A stretch of DNA of 64,000 nt from Candidatus Eiseniibacteriota bacterium (GTDB lineage Bacteria > Orphanbacterota > Orphanbacteria > Orphanbacterales > Orphanbacteraceae), in NCBI GenBank assembly GCA_043809585.1, contig JBDROZ010000039.1:76577-140576 (forward strand), written 5' to 3'. Position 1 is the stretch's first letter; each line of letters starts with the position of its first letter. Made by a program: the position numbers and the translations under genes. This document shows positions 1-9,846 of this stretch, in pieces. Under the pieces are notes generated by a model. It ran no database searches. It was not told the DNA's origin and saw nothing but the letters and a program-made list of their open reading frames with translations.

Positions 1-1827
1 CCCCTTCTCCCGCCTCCGCTTCGAGTCGGCCACCGCCGTGGCGAGAAGCACCTCGCCCACGCTCTTCCGGATGGAGCGGGGCGTGATCCCGTGCTCTTCG
101 TTGTACCGGAGCTGCACCTCCCGGCGGCGGCTCGTCTCCCTGAGCGCCGCCTCGATGGAGCGGGTCGGCGCGGCGGCGTAGAGGATCACCTTTCCCCCCA
201 GGTTCCGGGCCGCCCGCCCCGCGGTCTGCACGAGAGAGGTTTCGGAGCGGACAAACCCCTCCCGGTCCGCGTCGAGGATCGCCACCGTCGACACCTCGGG
301 GAGGTCGAGCCCCTCCCGGAGGAGGTTGACGCCGACGAGACAGTCGAACTCCCCGGTCCGGAGCCCCCGGATGATCTCGACCCGGTCGAGGGTGGCGATG
401 TCCGAGTGAAGGTACTTGACGCTCACCCCCGCCTTCTGGAGGTATTCGGTCAGGTCCTCGGCCATCCGCTTGGTGAGCGTCGTCACGAGGATCCGCTCTC
501 CCGCCTCGGCGCAGCGGCGGGCCTCCTCGAGAAGGTCGTCCACCTGCCCCTCCACGGGGCGCACGTCCATCTCGGGATCCACGAGACCCGTGGGGCGGAT
601 GATCTGCTCCACGAGCACGCCCCCCGCCCTCTTCATCTCGTACTCCGCCGGGGTGGCGGAGACGTAGATCGCGGGCGGCGTCATCTCCTCGAACTCCTCG
701 AACTTCAGCGGGCGGTTGTCGAGGGCCGACGGCAGGCGGAAGCCGTATTCCACGAGCCGTTCCTTCCGGCTCCGGTCGCCGTTGTACATCGCCCGGACCT
801 GGGGGATGGTGACGTGGGATTCGTCGATCACGAGGAGCCAGTCCTCCCCGAAGTAGTCGAGCAGGCAGAGGGGCCGCTCCCCCGGCTTCCTCCCGGAGAG
901 GTGCCGGGAGTAGTTTTCGATCCCGGCGCACATCCCGGTCTCCCGGAGCATTTCGAGGTCGAACCGGGTCCGCATCTCGAGCCGCTGCGCCTCCAGGAGC
1001 TTGTCCGCCCCCCGGAGCTCGGCGAGCCGCTCCGCCAGTTCCTTCTCGATCCCCTCGAGGGCGGTCCCCAGCTTCTCCTCGGTGGTGACGAAGTGGCGGG
1101 CCGGGTAGATCGGGAGGTAGGGGAACTCGGCGATCGTCGTCCCCTTCAAAGGATCGATCTCCTTGATCGTCTCGATCTCGTCGCCGAAGAGGGAGAGGCG
1201 GACCGCCGTCTCCTCGTAGGCGGGCCAGATCTCCACCGTGTCCCCCCGGACCCGGAAGGCGCCCCGCTCGAGGGCCGTGTCGTTCCGGCGGTATTGGATG
1301 TCCACGAGCCGCCGGAGCATGGCGTCCCGGCCGATCTCCTCTCCCGCTTTCAGGTAGACGAGCAGGTTCCGGAAGTCCTCGGGGGAGCCGAGGCCGTAGA
1401 TGCACGAGACCGAAGCGACGATGATCACGTCCCGCCTCTCGAGGAGGCTCGCGGTGGCGCGGAGGCGGAGGCGGTCGATGTCGTCGTTGATCGACGCGTC
1501 TTTCTCGATGTAGGTGTCGGTGTGGGGGATGTACGCCTCGGGCTGGTAGTAGTCGTAGTAGCTGACGAAGTACTCGACGGCGATCTCGGGGAAGTAGGTG
1601 CGGAACTCGCCGTAGAGCTGGGCGGCGAGGGTCTTGTTGTGGGAGATGACGAGGGTCGGCTTCTTCACCTCGGCGATCACGCTGGCGATGGTGAAGGTCT
1701 TGCCCGAACCGGTCACCCCGAGGAGCACCTGGCTCCGGTCGCCGCGCTCGATCCCCTGGACGAGTTCCCGGATCGCCCCCGGCTGGTCCCCCGTCGGGCC
1801 GTAGTCCGCCTGAAGACGGAAGGCCAC
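1..1827 (-). CDS. uvrB: Excinuclease ABC subunit B (3' end runs off the window)
   Basis: Not in the ORF track. Manual translation from GTG 1827 gives [19 protein letters not shown]...[12 protein letters not shown]...[10 protein letters not shown]...[14 protein letters not shown], which are UvrB signature motifs. Confidence 0.97.
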   Translation of the reverse strand, partial: MAFRLQADYGPTGDQPGAIRELVQGIERGDRSQVLLGVTGSGKTFTIASVIAEVKKPTLVISHNKTLAAQLYGEFRTYFPEIAVEYFVSYYDYYQPEAYIPHTDTYIEKDASINDDIDRLRLRATASLLERRDVIIVASVSCIYGLGSPEDFRNLLVYLKAGEEIGRDAMLRRLVDIQYRRNDTALERGAFRVRGDTVEIWPAYEETAVRLSLFGDEIETIKEIDPLKGTTIAEFPYLPIYPARHFVTTEEKLGTALEGIEKELAERLAELRGADKLLEAQRLEMRTRFDLEMLRETGMCAGIENYSRHLSGRKPGERPLCLLDYFGEDWLLVIDESHVTIPQVRAMYNGDRSRKERLVEYGFRLPSALDNRPLKFEEFEEMTPPAIYVSATPAEYEMKRAGGVLVEQIIRPTGLVDPEMDVRPVEGQVDDLLEEARRCAEAGERILVTTLTKRMAEDLTEYLQKAGVSVKYLHSDIATLDRVEIIRGLRTGEFDCLVGVNLLREGLDLPEVSTVAILDADREGFVRSETSLVQTAGRAARNLGGKVILYAAAPTRSIEAALRETSRRREVQLRYNEEHGITPRSIRKSVGEVLLATAVADSKRRREKG

Positions 1828-1829
1828 GG

Positions 1830-2198
1830 TCAGCGCCTCAGGAAGAAGATCGCCGCCGCCGCGGCCGCGACGACGAGGAGAAGGAGGAGCGGCAGGAGAC
1901 GGTTCGGCGCCTCGGGCGGCGCCTCCGGCTCGTCCCCCCAGAGCGCTTCATTCTCCGGGGATTCCTCTCCCCGGTCCGCCCGGAACCGCCGGAGGAGCTC
2001 CTCCTCGTCCAACCCGAGGGCCCGGGCACAGGAACGGAGGAATCCGACCACGTAGGTTCGGGCCGGGAAGATCTCGTACCGATCCTCCTCGAGGGCTTCC
2101 AAGAACTCGGCCCGCACCCGCGTCCGCTTCGCGAGCTCCGCGACGGAGATCTGCTTCTTCTCCCTGGCCCTTTTCAGGGTCTCCCCTACCGATTCCAT
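1830..2198 (-). CDS. RodZ-like helix-turn-helix membrane protein (short form)
   Basis: N-terminal HTH (GETLKRARE...LEALEED...[16 protein letters not shown]) followed by one TM helix; no periplasmic domain. Confidence 0.8.
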   Translation of the reverse strand: MESVGETLKRAREKKQISVAELAKRTRVRAEFLEALEEDRYEIFPARTYVVGFLRSCARALGLDEEELLRRFRADRGEESPENEALWGDEPEAPPEAPNRLLPLLLLLVVAAAAAAIFFLRR

Positions 2199-2205
2199 GT
2201 TCGTC

Positions 2206-3573
2206 CTAGTACCGGATCCGCACGGTGTATCGGAGGACCGATACCTCCCCGGCCTGGAGGGGAACGGTCCATTCCGCGGTTTGGGCGTCTTCCTTCCGGT
2301 GAGCGAGGCTCTCCTCTTCCATTTCCCAGTCCGCCTCGATCCCCTCCCGGACGACGACCTCCACGGCCTCCTCTTTCCGGTTCCGGAGTTCGATCTCCAC
2401 GGTCCGGGTTCGAATCCGGTCGGAGATCCTCCGCTCGTCCGTCACCTTCCGCTCCCCCACGATGTCGAAGGCGTAGCCGACCCGGAGGCGGACCTCCTCG
2501 TCCTTCGGCGTGTGATCGATGCGGTCCTCGCCGATGAACTCGGAGCCCCCCCGGCCGTCGTCCTGGAACATGCGGACCTTGCCCGCGGGAAGGGCGATGC
2601 CGAGGCCGCTCTCCTTCTCGTTCTTCAGTTCGAAGTAGACCGCCACCTTCGATCCCCCTCGGCGGGTGTCGAAGACGTACTCCTTCACGACCGGCACGGT
2701 CGTGCCCGGTACGAAGGAGATCTGCTTCACCTGGTTCTCCCGGAGGGTGGTGGGCCGCCTGATCTCGTACAGATGGTATTCGAAGAGGGCCCGCTCCTCC
2801 ACATCCGGCGCCCCCTTCGCGCTCATCGCCTCGGCCCGCATCATCATGTCCCGGGGCTCCGGCGCCCGGCCCACGTCTCCCGCCACGAGCTTCAGCTTCG
2901 CCTCGGGATAGGCGGCGCCGGACCGATTCTCGACGGAGACCCAGCCCGCGAAGAGGACGTTTTCGTTCGGCTCGTCGGCGAGGGCCACGTACTCGGCATG
3001 CCAGGAGAGCCCCCCGGTCAGGTACTCGACCTCCACCTCCCGCTCGCCGGCCCGGCCGCTATCGAGCTTCCAGACCAGGGTCGGCCGGGTGACGAAGTCC
3101 TCGGCGCTCCCGAGGAGTTCCACGTTCCGGACGCCGTCCAGGACCACCGAGAGCCGATCCCCCTCCCGGTCCCGGAGGACCACGTTTCCCCCCTGGAAGG
3201 AGAGGAGCACGCCGGAGAGGACATCCCCCCCCTCTTGGAAGAAGACCTCCACCGGATGATCGAGGTACTTCTCGAAGATCTTGTCGCTCGAGACGAGGTC
3301 GTACTCGTAGTTCTGTTCGACCACGGCGAGCCCCCCCCCCTTCCCGTCGACGGTCCGGAAGTGGACGCTCGTCGGGTCAATGCGAGCGGCGACGCCCTGG
3401 AACGAGTATGCCGTCTCCCCTTTCTCCACTTCGATGACCCTGCGCTCCCTCACCAGGCCGAGATCGCGGTTGTAAACGGTGACGGCGAAACGGGGGGTTT
3501 CGGCGGCGGCGGCGGCGGCGAGCAGGATCGTCGCGATCACCGGCGCCGCGCTCCGGAAGGGATTCCCGAACAT
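2206..3573 (-). CDS. DUF4139 family exported protein
   Basis: Signal peptide; motifs VTVYNRDLGLVRERR, EQNYEYDL, YLTGGLSWHAEY, FIGEDRIDHTP. Confidence 0.8.
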   Translation of the reverse strand: MFGNPFRSAAPVIATILLAAAAAAETPRFAVTVYNRDLGLVRERRVIEVEKGETAYSFQGVAARIDPTSVHFRTVDGKGGGLAVVEQNYEYDLVSSDKIFEKYLDHPVEVFFQEGGDVLSGVLLSFQGGNVVLRDREGDRLSVVLDGVRNVELLGSAEDFVTRPTLVWKLDSGRAGEREVEVEYLTGGLSWHAEYVALADEPNENVLFAGWVSVENRSGAAYPEAKLKLVAGDVGRAPEPRDMMMRAEAMSAKGAPDVEERALFEYHLYEIRRPTTLRENQVKQISFVPGTTVPVVKEYVFDTRRGGSKVAVYFELKNEKESGLGIALPAGKVRMFQDDGRGGSEFIGEDRIDHTPKDEEVRLRVGYAFDIVGERKVTDERRISDRIRTRTVEIELRNRKEEAVEVVVREGIEADWEMEEESLAHRKEDAQTAEWTVPLQAGEVSVLRYTVRIRY

Positions 3574-3602
3574 GGCGCTCCTCCTCTCTTGTTACCGGCG
3601 GG

Positions 3603-6238
3603 TCATCCCGAGAGGGCGGCGAGGTTCCGCCGCACCCGGCCGAGCATCTCGGTGAACCGCCGCTCCCGGTCCCGGTCCTTCTCGACCACCTCGGCGGGGG
3701 CCTTGGCGATGTACTCCCGGTTCATCAGCTTCCGGGCGAGCCGTTCCAATTCGCGGGCGAGCCGCTCCTCCTCCTTGGCGATCCGCTGCCGCTCCTTCTC
3801 CATGTCCACGAGACCCTCGAGGGGGAGGAAGACCTCCACCGCCCGGGTGACCTGGGAAAGGGAGCCCTTCGGGCGGCCGTCCGACGCGGCGAGGTCGAGG
3901 TCGCCGATGCGGGCGAGCCGGCGGATCATGGCCGCGTTCCGCTCCGCCGCGGGGCGGGCCTTGTCGTCGAGGAAGCGGACCACCACGCGGACCTCTTCTT
4001 TCGGCGGCACGTTCACCTCGGACCGGAGGGTCCGGACCGCGGTCACCACATCCTGGATGACCGCCATCTCCCGCTCCGCCCCATCGTCCCGGAAGCCCCC
4101 TTCGCCGCCCGGCCAGGGGGCGGCACTGACGCAGGGGGCGCCCAGGCGGAGATAGGAGCCGATCTCCTCGGCGAGGTGGGGCATGAACGGGGAGAGCATC
4201 CGGATCGCCGAGCGGAGCACGTGGAGAAGCACCTCCCGGGCCTCCCCCGGCCCCTCGTCGCCGAGGAGGGCGGGCTTCACGATCTCCAGATACCAGTCGC
4301 AGTAGCTGTGCCAGAGGAAGTCGTAGACGCCGTAGGCCGCCTCGTTCAGGCGTGTCGCCTCGAGATGGGCCGTCACCTCCTTCTCCGTCGCCGTCAGGCG
4401 GGAGAGGATCCAGCGCTCCGGGACGCCGAGCTTCGCCGGGTCGCCGAGCTCCCCCTTCGCCCCTTCGACATGCGGGAGGACGAAGCGGGCCGCGTTCCAC
4501 ACCTTGTTCGCGAACCGGCGGCCGGTCTCGATCTTCTCCTCCGAGAAGACCTGATCCTGTCCGGGGGGCGTGGTGAGGACCGTGGCGAACCGGACCGCGT
4601 CGCCGCCGAACTTCTCGATGATCGCCAGGGGATCGGGCGAGTTGCCGAGACTCTTCGAGAGCTTCCGCCCCTTGTCGTCCCGGACGATCCCGTGGAGATA
4701 GACCTGGGAGAAGGGAATCTCCCCATGAACTCGAGGGAGGCCATGATCATGCGGGCCACCCAGAAGAAGAGGATCTCCGACCCCGTCACCATGAGGTGGG
4801 AGGGGAAGAAGATCTCCAGGGCCTTGGTTTTCTCCGGCCAGCCGTGGGTGGCGAAAGGCCAGAGCCACGAGGAGAACCAGGTATCGAGGACGTCCGGATC
4901 CTGGGTGAGTTCTCCGCCACCGCACTTCGCGCACTTCTCCGGCGGGTCGACGCTCACGGTGATTTCGCTGCAGGCGCCGCAGTAGTACGCCGGGATCCGG
5001 TGCCCCCACCAGAGCTGGCGGGAGATGCACCAATCCCGGATGTTCTCCATCCAGTGGTAGTAGACCTTCTCCCACCGGTCGGGGGAGATCGTGATGCGGC
5101 CGTCCCGGACCGCTTCGAGGGCGGGGGGGGCGAGGCTCTTCATGGAGACGAACCACTGGGTCGAGAGCCACGGCTCCACGTCGGTGTCGCAGCGGTAGCA
5201 GCGGCCGACGGCGTGCTTGTGGTCCTCCACCTTGACGAGCAGCCCCTGAGACTCGAGATCCTCCACCGTCGCCTTCCGGGCCTCGTCCCGCTTCATGCCG
5301 CTGTAGCGGCCGAAGCCCTCCCGCACGGTCGCGTCGTCTTCGAAGATCTTGACCTCCTCGAGGCCGTGGGTCCTCCCGATCTCGAAGTCGAGGGGATCGT
5401 GGGCGGGGGTCACCTTTACGCAGCCCGTGCCGAACTCGGGATCGACCCGGTCGTCCTCCACGATGGGGAGGGACCGATTGATGAGGGGCAGGGAGGCCCG
5501 TTTGCCCTTGAGGTGCTTGGTGCGCTCGGCGTCCGGATGGATCGCGATGCCCGTGTCGCCGAGCATGGTCTCGGGGCGGGTGGTGGCGACGACGAGGGAG
5601 CCCCCCTCCCCCTCGAGGGGATAGCGGATGTGCCAGAGGCTGCCGGTTCTCTCCTGGTGCTCCACCTCTTCGTCGGAGAGGACCGTGTGACAGCGGGGGC
5701 ACCAGCTGGCGATGTAGTTCCCCCGGTAGATGAGCCCCTTCTCGTAGAGCCCGGCGAAGACGGTGAAGACCGCCCTGCTGTACCCCTCGTCGAGGGTGAA
5801 GCGGATGCGGCTCGGGTCGAAGGAGGCGCCGATGCGCCGGAACTGCTCGAAGATCTGGTCGCCGTGGCGCTCCCTCGTCTCCCAGACGCGCTTCACGAAG
5901 GCCTCCCGGCCGAGTTCGTGGCGGGTCTTCCCCTCCTTGCGGAGCGCCTTCTCGACGACGTTCTGGGTGGCGATGCCGGCGTGGTCGCTGCCGGGCTGCC
6001 AGAGGGCTTCGCGCCCCTGCATGCGGCGCCAGCGGATGATGATGTCCTGGATCGTGTAGGTCAGGACGTGGCCCATGTGAAGGACGCCGGTCACGTTCGG
6101 CGGCGGCATCAGAATGACGTACGGTTCGCGGCCCGAGTCGTCGGAGACACGGAAGGCGTCGTGCTCCTTCCAATAGGCGCGCCACTTGGCCTCGACGGAC
6201 GCGGGTTCGTAGGTTTTCGCGAGGTCCGGAGCGGGCAT
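3603..6238 (-). CDS. valS: Valine--tRNA ligase, split by a 1-nt frameshift at ~4721-4724 (probably a sequencing error)
   Basis: N-terminal ORF has PPPNVTGVLHMGH, DWCISRQLWWGHRIP and DVLDTWFSS. C-terminal frame has KLSKSLGN and the coiled-coil arm. One extra G restores MGEIPFSQVYLHG. Confidence 0.95.
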
Positions 6239-6268
6239 ATTTCCCTCATGGGGATGAAGTTACGGGGG

Positions 6269-6297
6269 AGGATAGCACGGGGGGGCGGGGCGTGCAA
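6269..6297 (-). promoter_or_regulatory. Sigma70-type promoter for valS
   Basis: Minus strand TTGCAC-N17-TATCCT with an extended -10 TG, about 30 nt upstream of the ATG. Confidence 0.6.
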
Positions 6298-6345
6298 GGA
6301 GAGCGAGTGGGGGCGGGGGGGCGCGGGCGGGCTGTATGGCTTTAA

Positions 6346-6517
6346 CGGATGGGTCCTGTCCGGGGCTGTCCGCTGCAGTGCTCGCCAGTCGCGCCACGGT
6401 CCTCTCGGAGCGCCGGGGGTGAACCGCCCCTACCGTCCCCAGTGACTGAACACGAGTCGGGATCTGGCGCTTGGTGGCTGCGCTCCTCGCGGACCCCTGC
6501 CCCGGCCACCCATCCGT
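6346..6517. repeat. ~172-nt rod-like inverted-repeat element (MITE-like or structured RNA)
   Basis: Nested pairs ACGGATGGGT/ACCCATCCGT, CCGGGGC/GCCCCGG, GTCCGC/GCGGAC, GCCA/TGGC, GCGCCA/TGGCGC. Confidence 0.65.
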
Positions 6518-6519
6518 GG

Positions 6520-6702
6520 CTAGAACCGGTTTCACAACCTCCATTCTACTGCGATCGGCTGCAAGGCCCGGCGGCTGCGTACTCGGGTAAAAACGTCCTC
6601 AATGGCCTTCTTAGGCCACCTCCGGGCGTTTTCCCCCTTGATCCTTGCCGCCCGACCTTTCGCTCGATCTCGCGACGAAGGAGGTTGTGAAACCGATTCT
6701 AG
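6520..6702. mobile_element. MITE-like element with terminal inverted repeats flanked by CTAG
   Basis: CTAGAACCGGTTTCACAACCTCC ... GGAGGTTGTGAAACCGATTCTAG (23 nt, one mismatch), an internal hairpin, and no credible coding region. Confidence 0.75.
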
Positions 6703-6737
6703 GAATGATCAGCAAGGACTGCCGAGGAAATCCCCCC

Positions 6738-7198
6738 CCGTTCGTCCTGAGTGCCGCCCGGTCCTCCGGGCGGTGTATCGAAGGGGATGAACCGGGGCAT
6801 GCCCCACCCACACGTGAGGGAGAGGGAAAGGGCGTCCGCCCATCCGCCTTCGCCTGCGGCTTCGGCGGACAAGCCCGGTCGCGCGTTCGATTCGTGCCGC
6901 GCTCTCCTCCGCCCGGCTCCGGTCAGCGGCGGGCGGGGGGACCGGCTGAGGGAGGGATGAAGGGGCAGACTTGAACGCTCGTCGCACGGCGGGAGACAAC
7001 CCTCCCATTCTCCGGGCGCGTGGAGGAGGCGTCGTGAAGGACGGTGACAGCTCCCCGGTCATGCCCCCATCCCTCCCGAAGCCGGACCACCGCCCCGCCG
7101 CCCTCCTCACCGGCTTTACCGCGCTCGAAACTTCGGAGTGAATGGGGGACCGACACCGCCCGACCCCTTCGATACGGACCTTCGGTCCTACAGAGGAC
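6738..7198. repeat. Inverted pair of REP-like units enclosing further palindromes
   Basis: GTCCTGAGT-hairpin-GTATCGAAGGGG at 6744-6786 versus CCCCTTCGATAC-hairpin-AGGAC at 7164-7198; internal REP-like hairpin TCCGCC...GGCGGA at ~6843-6870. Confidence 0.6.
6926..7101. repeat. ~176-nt rod-like inverted-repeat element
   Basis: GCGGCGGG/CCCGCCGC, CCGGCT/AGCCGG, GGGAGGGATG/CATCCCTCCC, GGGGCA/TGCCCC. Confidence 0.6.
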
Positions 7199-7224
7199 AG
7201 GCCTCCTGCCCGGAAAACGTCACC

Positions 7225-9846
7225 TTACCTCGGTGCCGTCTCTCCCCCCTCGGCCGACCGGCTCTTGCTTCGCGGTGTGTACAGCGTGCTCTGCCGCTCG
7301 ATCTCCTCGTATCCGAAACCGGCGTCCTTCAGCGCTTCCATATAGATGTATCTTCCCCGGTCCTCGATGGGCGGTCGTCCCCGAATCAGGTCCGCCCGGT
7401 TCAGCATCTCCCCGTGCCGGAGGGAGAGAGCGGCGACCGTTTCGGCCCTCCCTTCCCCCAGCAGGAAGCGGGTGAGCGCGGCGGCCTCCTCCGTTTCGGG
7501 GTCGATGCGGAGGGCTTCCGCCGCCCACCGGGCCCCCTCCTCCCGCTCGCCGGGCGATTCTCCTTCGGCGAGGAGTCGGGCGAGCCTCCCCCGGTCCGCC
7601 GCCGAGGCGCGATAGTCCTCCGCGGGAAGGAGGCGGATCGCCTCTTCGAAGGCCCGCCGCGCCCCTTCCCGATCGCCCGTCCTCCGGAGGGCGAGGGCGA
7701 GCGTCCCCCGGGCGTAGCCATCCCGGGGCATCTCCCGGACGGCGCTCCGCGCTTCCCCGAGCGCCTCTTCCTCGCGGCCTTCCCCTTGCAGAAGGGCCCA
7801 GGCGAGGCCGTTCCGGAAATCCGGGCGGCCGCCGCCGATCCGGAGCGCCTCCCGAGAGACATCGGACGCCTTCTCGTGCCGTCCCGCCTCCGAGAGAAGC
7901 CCGGCGAGACGGGCGAGCTCGGCCGCCCGGTCCTCCCCCGCGGGGGCGAGGGCCTCCACCGGCCCTCCCCGAAGATAGGCGAGAAGAGAGAGATCGTTCT
8001 TCGCCGCCGGGCTCCCCCCCGCCTTCTTCCAATCTTCTTCGGCGGGGCCGAGGTCCCCCCCGCGGAACCGGGCCTCCCCCCGAAAGAGATAGAGGGCGAA
8101 GCGGAAGACCGCCTTCCCCCTGACGATCAGATAGGCGTTCGGCGCCCCGGCGGCCGCCTTCCACTCCTTCCGGAGGGCGTCCATCTCCATGCCGTAGAGA
8201 AGGGCCCGCTGGGAACGGCCGTCCTCGATCGCCCGCTCGATGGAAGAGCGCGCGAGAATCTCCTCCTCGTACGATCCGGGAGAGGCGCCGGTGGCGGGGC
8301 GGACGCCTTTCATTTCCAACATCGAAACACGCTCTTCGTCCAGGGAGCTCCTACGAACGTAGATCATCGCGTCGTCGTCGAAGTAGACGAGAACCCACGA
8401 AGAGAGCTCCGGAACGGCGTGACTGATCGGATCCGTGGAGAAGGGGGAACCGATCATGAGGAGGAGCGTGTTCACGTCGTACTTCCGGAGAAGGGCCTCC
8501 CACCCCGGCGCCCGGAGGAGGATCGGGAAGTAGACGTCCCGCCAGAACTCCTCGCCGTACACCTCGACCCGACCGTCGATGAAGTCCTTCCTCTCCGGGT
8601 AGAAGTGGAGGATGAACGGCCCGCCGTAGCGGTCGACGTGAAACACCTCGCCGGGGAGATTCTCTTTTTCCATGAAACGGAAGGCCCGGATCGGGTAGTT
8701 CACCCGCGCCCAGGGCCACGTGTCCCCGAGGGCCCCCCGGTCCCGGGGCAAGGGGGTCCGGTACGGATCGGCCTTCCACCACCAGGTCCCGAAGTAGACG
8801 ACGGCCGCCGCGGCGAGCCCCCGGAGGACGAGAGACCGGCGCCCCCCGGCGGGGAGAAGCCGTTCGGCGTAGGCTTCGAGGTTTCGAACGGCGATCGGCG
8901 CCGCCACGACGGCGAAGGGGAGGATGACCCGCACCGCCCGGGAGGCGAAGATCCCGAAGATCAGCACGACGAGGATCTCCGAGGCATCCCGGCGGCCGCG
9001 CGGGAGGAAAGAGAGGACCGTGAGCAGCCCGAGAATCGAGAAGAAGCGGTCCCGGATCGGGTGGGCCGGCTGGAACTCGTTCAGGACCGTGAAGAAGTAC
9101 CCGGTCTTCATGAGGCCGAGAGGGAGGAGCAGGGCGTCCACCCCCGAGGGGTTGAAGATGGCCCCCGAGAGAAGGGCCGCGGCGAAGGACCCGATCGAAA
9201 CGAAGAGGAACCGGCGCCGGTCCCCATGGCCCATGATGACGAGATCGCCCCGGAGGAAAGGGAACCGGCTTCTCGCCCACTCGCCGAGGACGTAGGCGCC
9301 GAGCACGGCGGCGCCGTACAGAAAGCCGGGATGCACGTGGGCCCAGACGGCGAAGAGCGCGGGCAGCCCGTAGAACCCCTTCCAGCGGCGGCGGCGGTAC
9401 GCCTCCGCGGCATAGGCGGTGGCGGCGAGGCCGAGGGCGGAAAGCAGGAAGGGCCGGACGAGCATGTGGGACGTGGACGCGAGGAGGGCGAGAAGCAAAA
9501 CGCCGGCGGTGAGGAACTCGTTCTCCCTCCTTCCGAGACGGGCCGAGGCGAGGAGAACAAGAAAGATCGATCCGACGACGGCCATCCGGAGGACGATCAG
9601 CGCGGGGGGGCCCCCGAAGCGAAGAACGCCGTAGAAGAGGAGCTCCGAAAGGGGTTGGTTCACCCACCAGTGGTTCCCCTCCACGGTGTGGGAGAAGTCG
9701 TCCTTGTCCGGAATCCGTCCCTCCCGGACGATCCGCTCCCCCGCGGCCAGATGCCAGCCGAGATCAGGGCTCGAAAGCTGCCGCCCCGAGACGAGCAGGG
9801 CGAAGAGGAAGAGAAGCGCGATCACGGGCCGCCGCAGGAACGCCAT
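7225..9846 (-). CDS. GT-C-like polytopic membrane protein with C-terminal TPRs
   Basis: Real start is ATG 9846 (MAFLRRPV), overlapping the upstream stop; motif PDLGWHLAAGERI..IP..D.FSHT; multiple TM helices; FIDGRVEVY; TPR-like helical tail. Confidence 0.75.
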   Translation of the reverse strand: MAFLRRPVIALLFLFALLVSGRQLSSPDLGWHLAAGERIVREGRIPDKDDFSHTVEGNHWWVNQPLSELLFYGVLRFGGPPALIVLRMAVVGSIFLVLLASARLGRRENEFLTAGVLLLALLASTSHMLVRPFLLSALGLAATAYAAEAYRRRRWKGFYGLPALFAVWAHVHPGFLYGAAVLGAYVLGEWARSRFPFLRGDLVIMGHGDRRRFLFVSIGSFAAALLSGAIFNPSGVDALLLPLGLMKTGYFFTVLNEFQPAHPIRDRFFSILGLLTVLSFLPRGRRDASEILVVLIFGIFASRAVRVILPFAVVAAPIAVRNLEAYAERLLPAGGRRSLVLRGLAAAAVVYFGTWWWKADPYRTPLPRDRGALGDTWPWARVNYPIRAFRFMEKENLPGEVFHVDRYGGPFILHFYPERKDFIDGRVEVYGEEFWRDVYFPILLRAPGWEALLRKYDVNTLLLMIGSPFSTDPISHAVPELSSWVLVYFDDDAMIYVRRSSLDEERVSMLEMKGVRPATGASPGSYEEEILARSSIERAIEDGRSQRALLYGMEMDALRKEWKAAAGAPNAYLIVRGKAVFRFALYLFRGEARFRGGDLGPAEEDWKKAGGSPAAKNDLSLLAYLRGGPVEALAPAGEDRAAELARLAGLLSEAGRHEKASDVSREALRIGGGRPDFRNGLAWALLQGEGREEEALGEARSAVREMPRDGYARGTLALALRRTGDREGARRAFEEAIRLLPAEDYRASAADRGRLARLLAEGESPGEREEGARWAAEALRIDPETEEAAALTRFLLGEGRAETVAALSLRHGEMLNRADLIRGRPPIEDRGRYIYMEALKDAGFGYEEIERQSTLYTPRSKSRSAEGGETAPR

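Noticed and set aside
91-2055. 654-aa plus-strand ORF
   Set aside because: Antisense shadow of uvrB; high GC3 codon usage leaves the opposite strand free of stops.
6362-6720. Possible tmRNA or SRP RNA (GGGGCTG and GGGGGTGAA starts)
   Set aside because: No TTCGA T-arm with a CCA 3' end, no tag reading frame, and no SRP domain IV motif.
6240-7224. Short ORFs in the intergenic region as a transposase or toxin
   Set aside because: No DDE, HUH or other recognisable motif; they overlap palindromic repeats.
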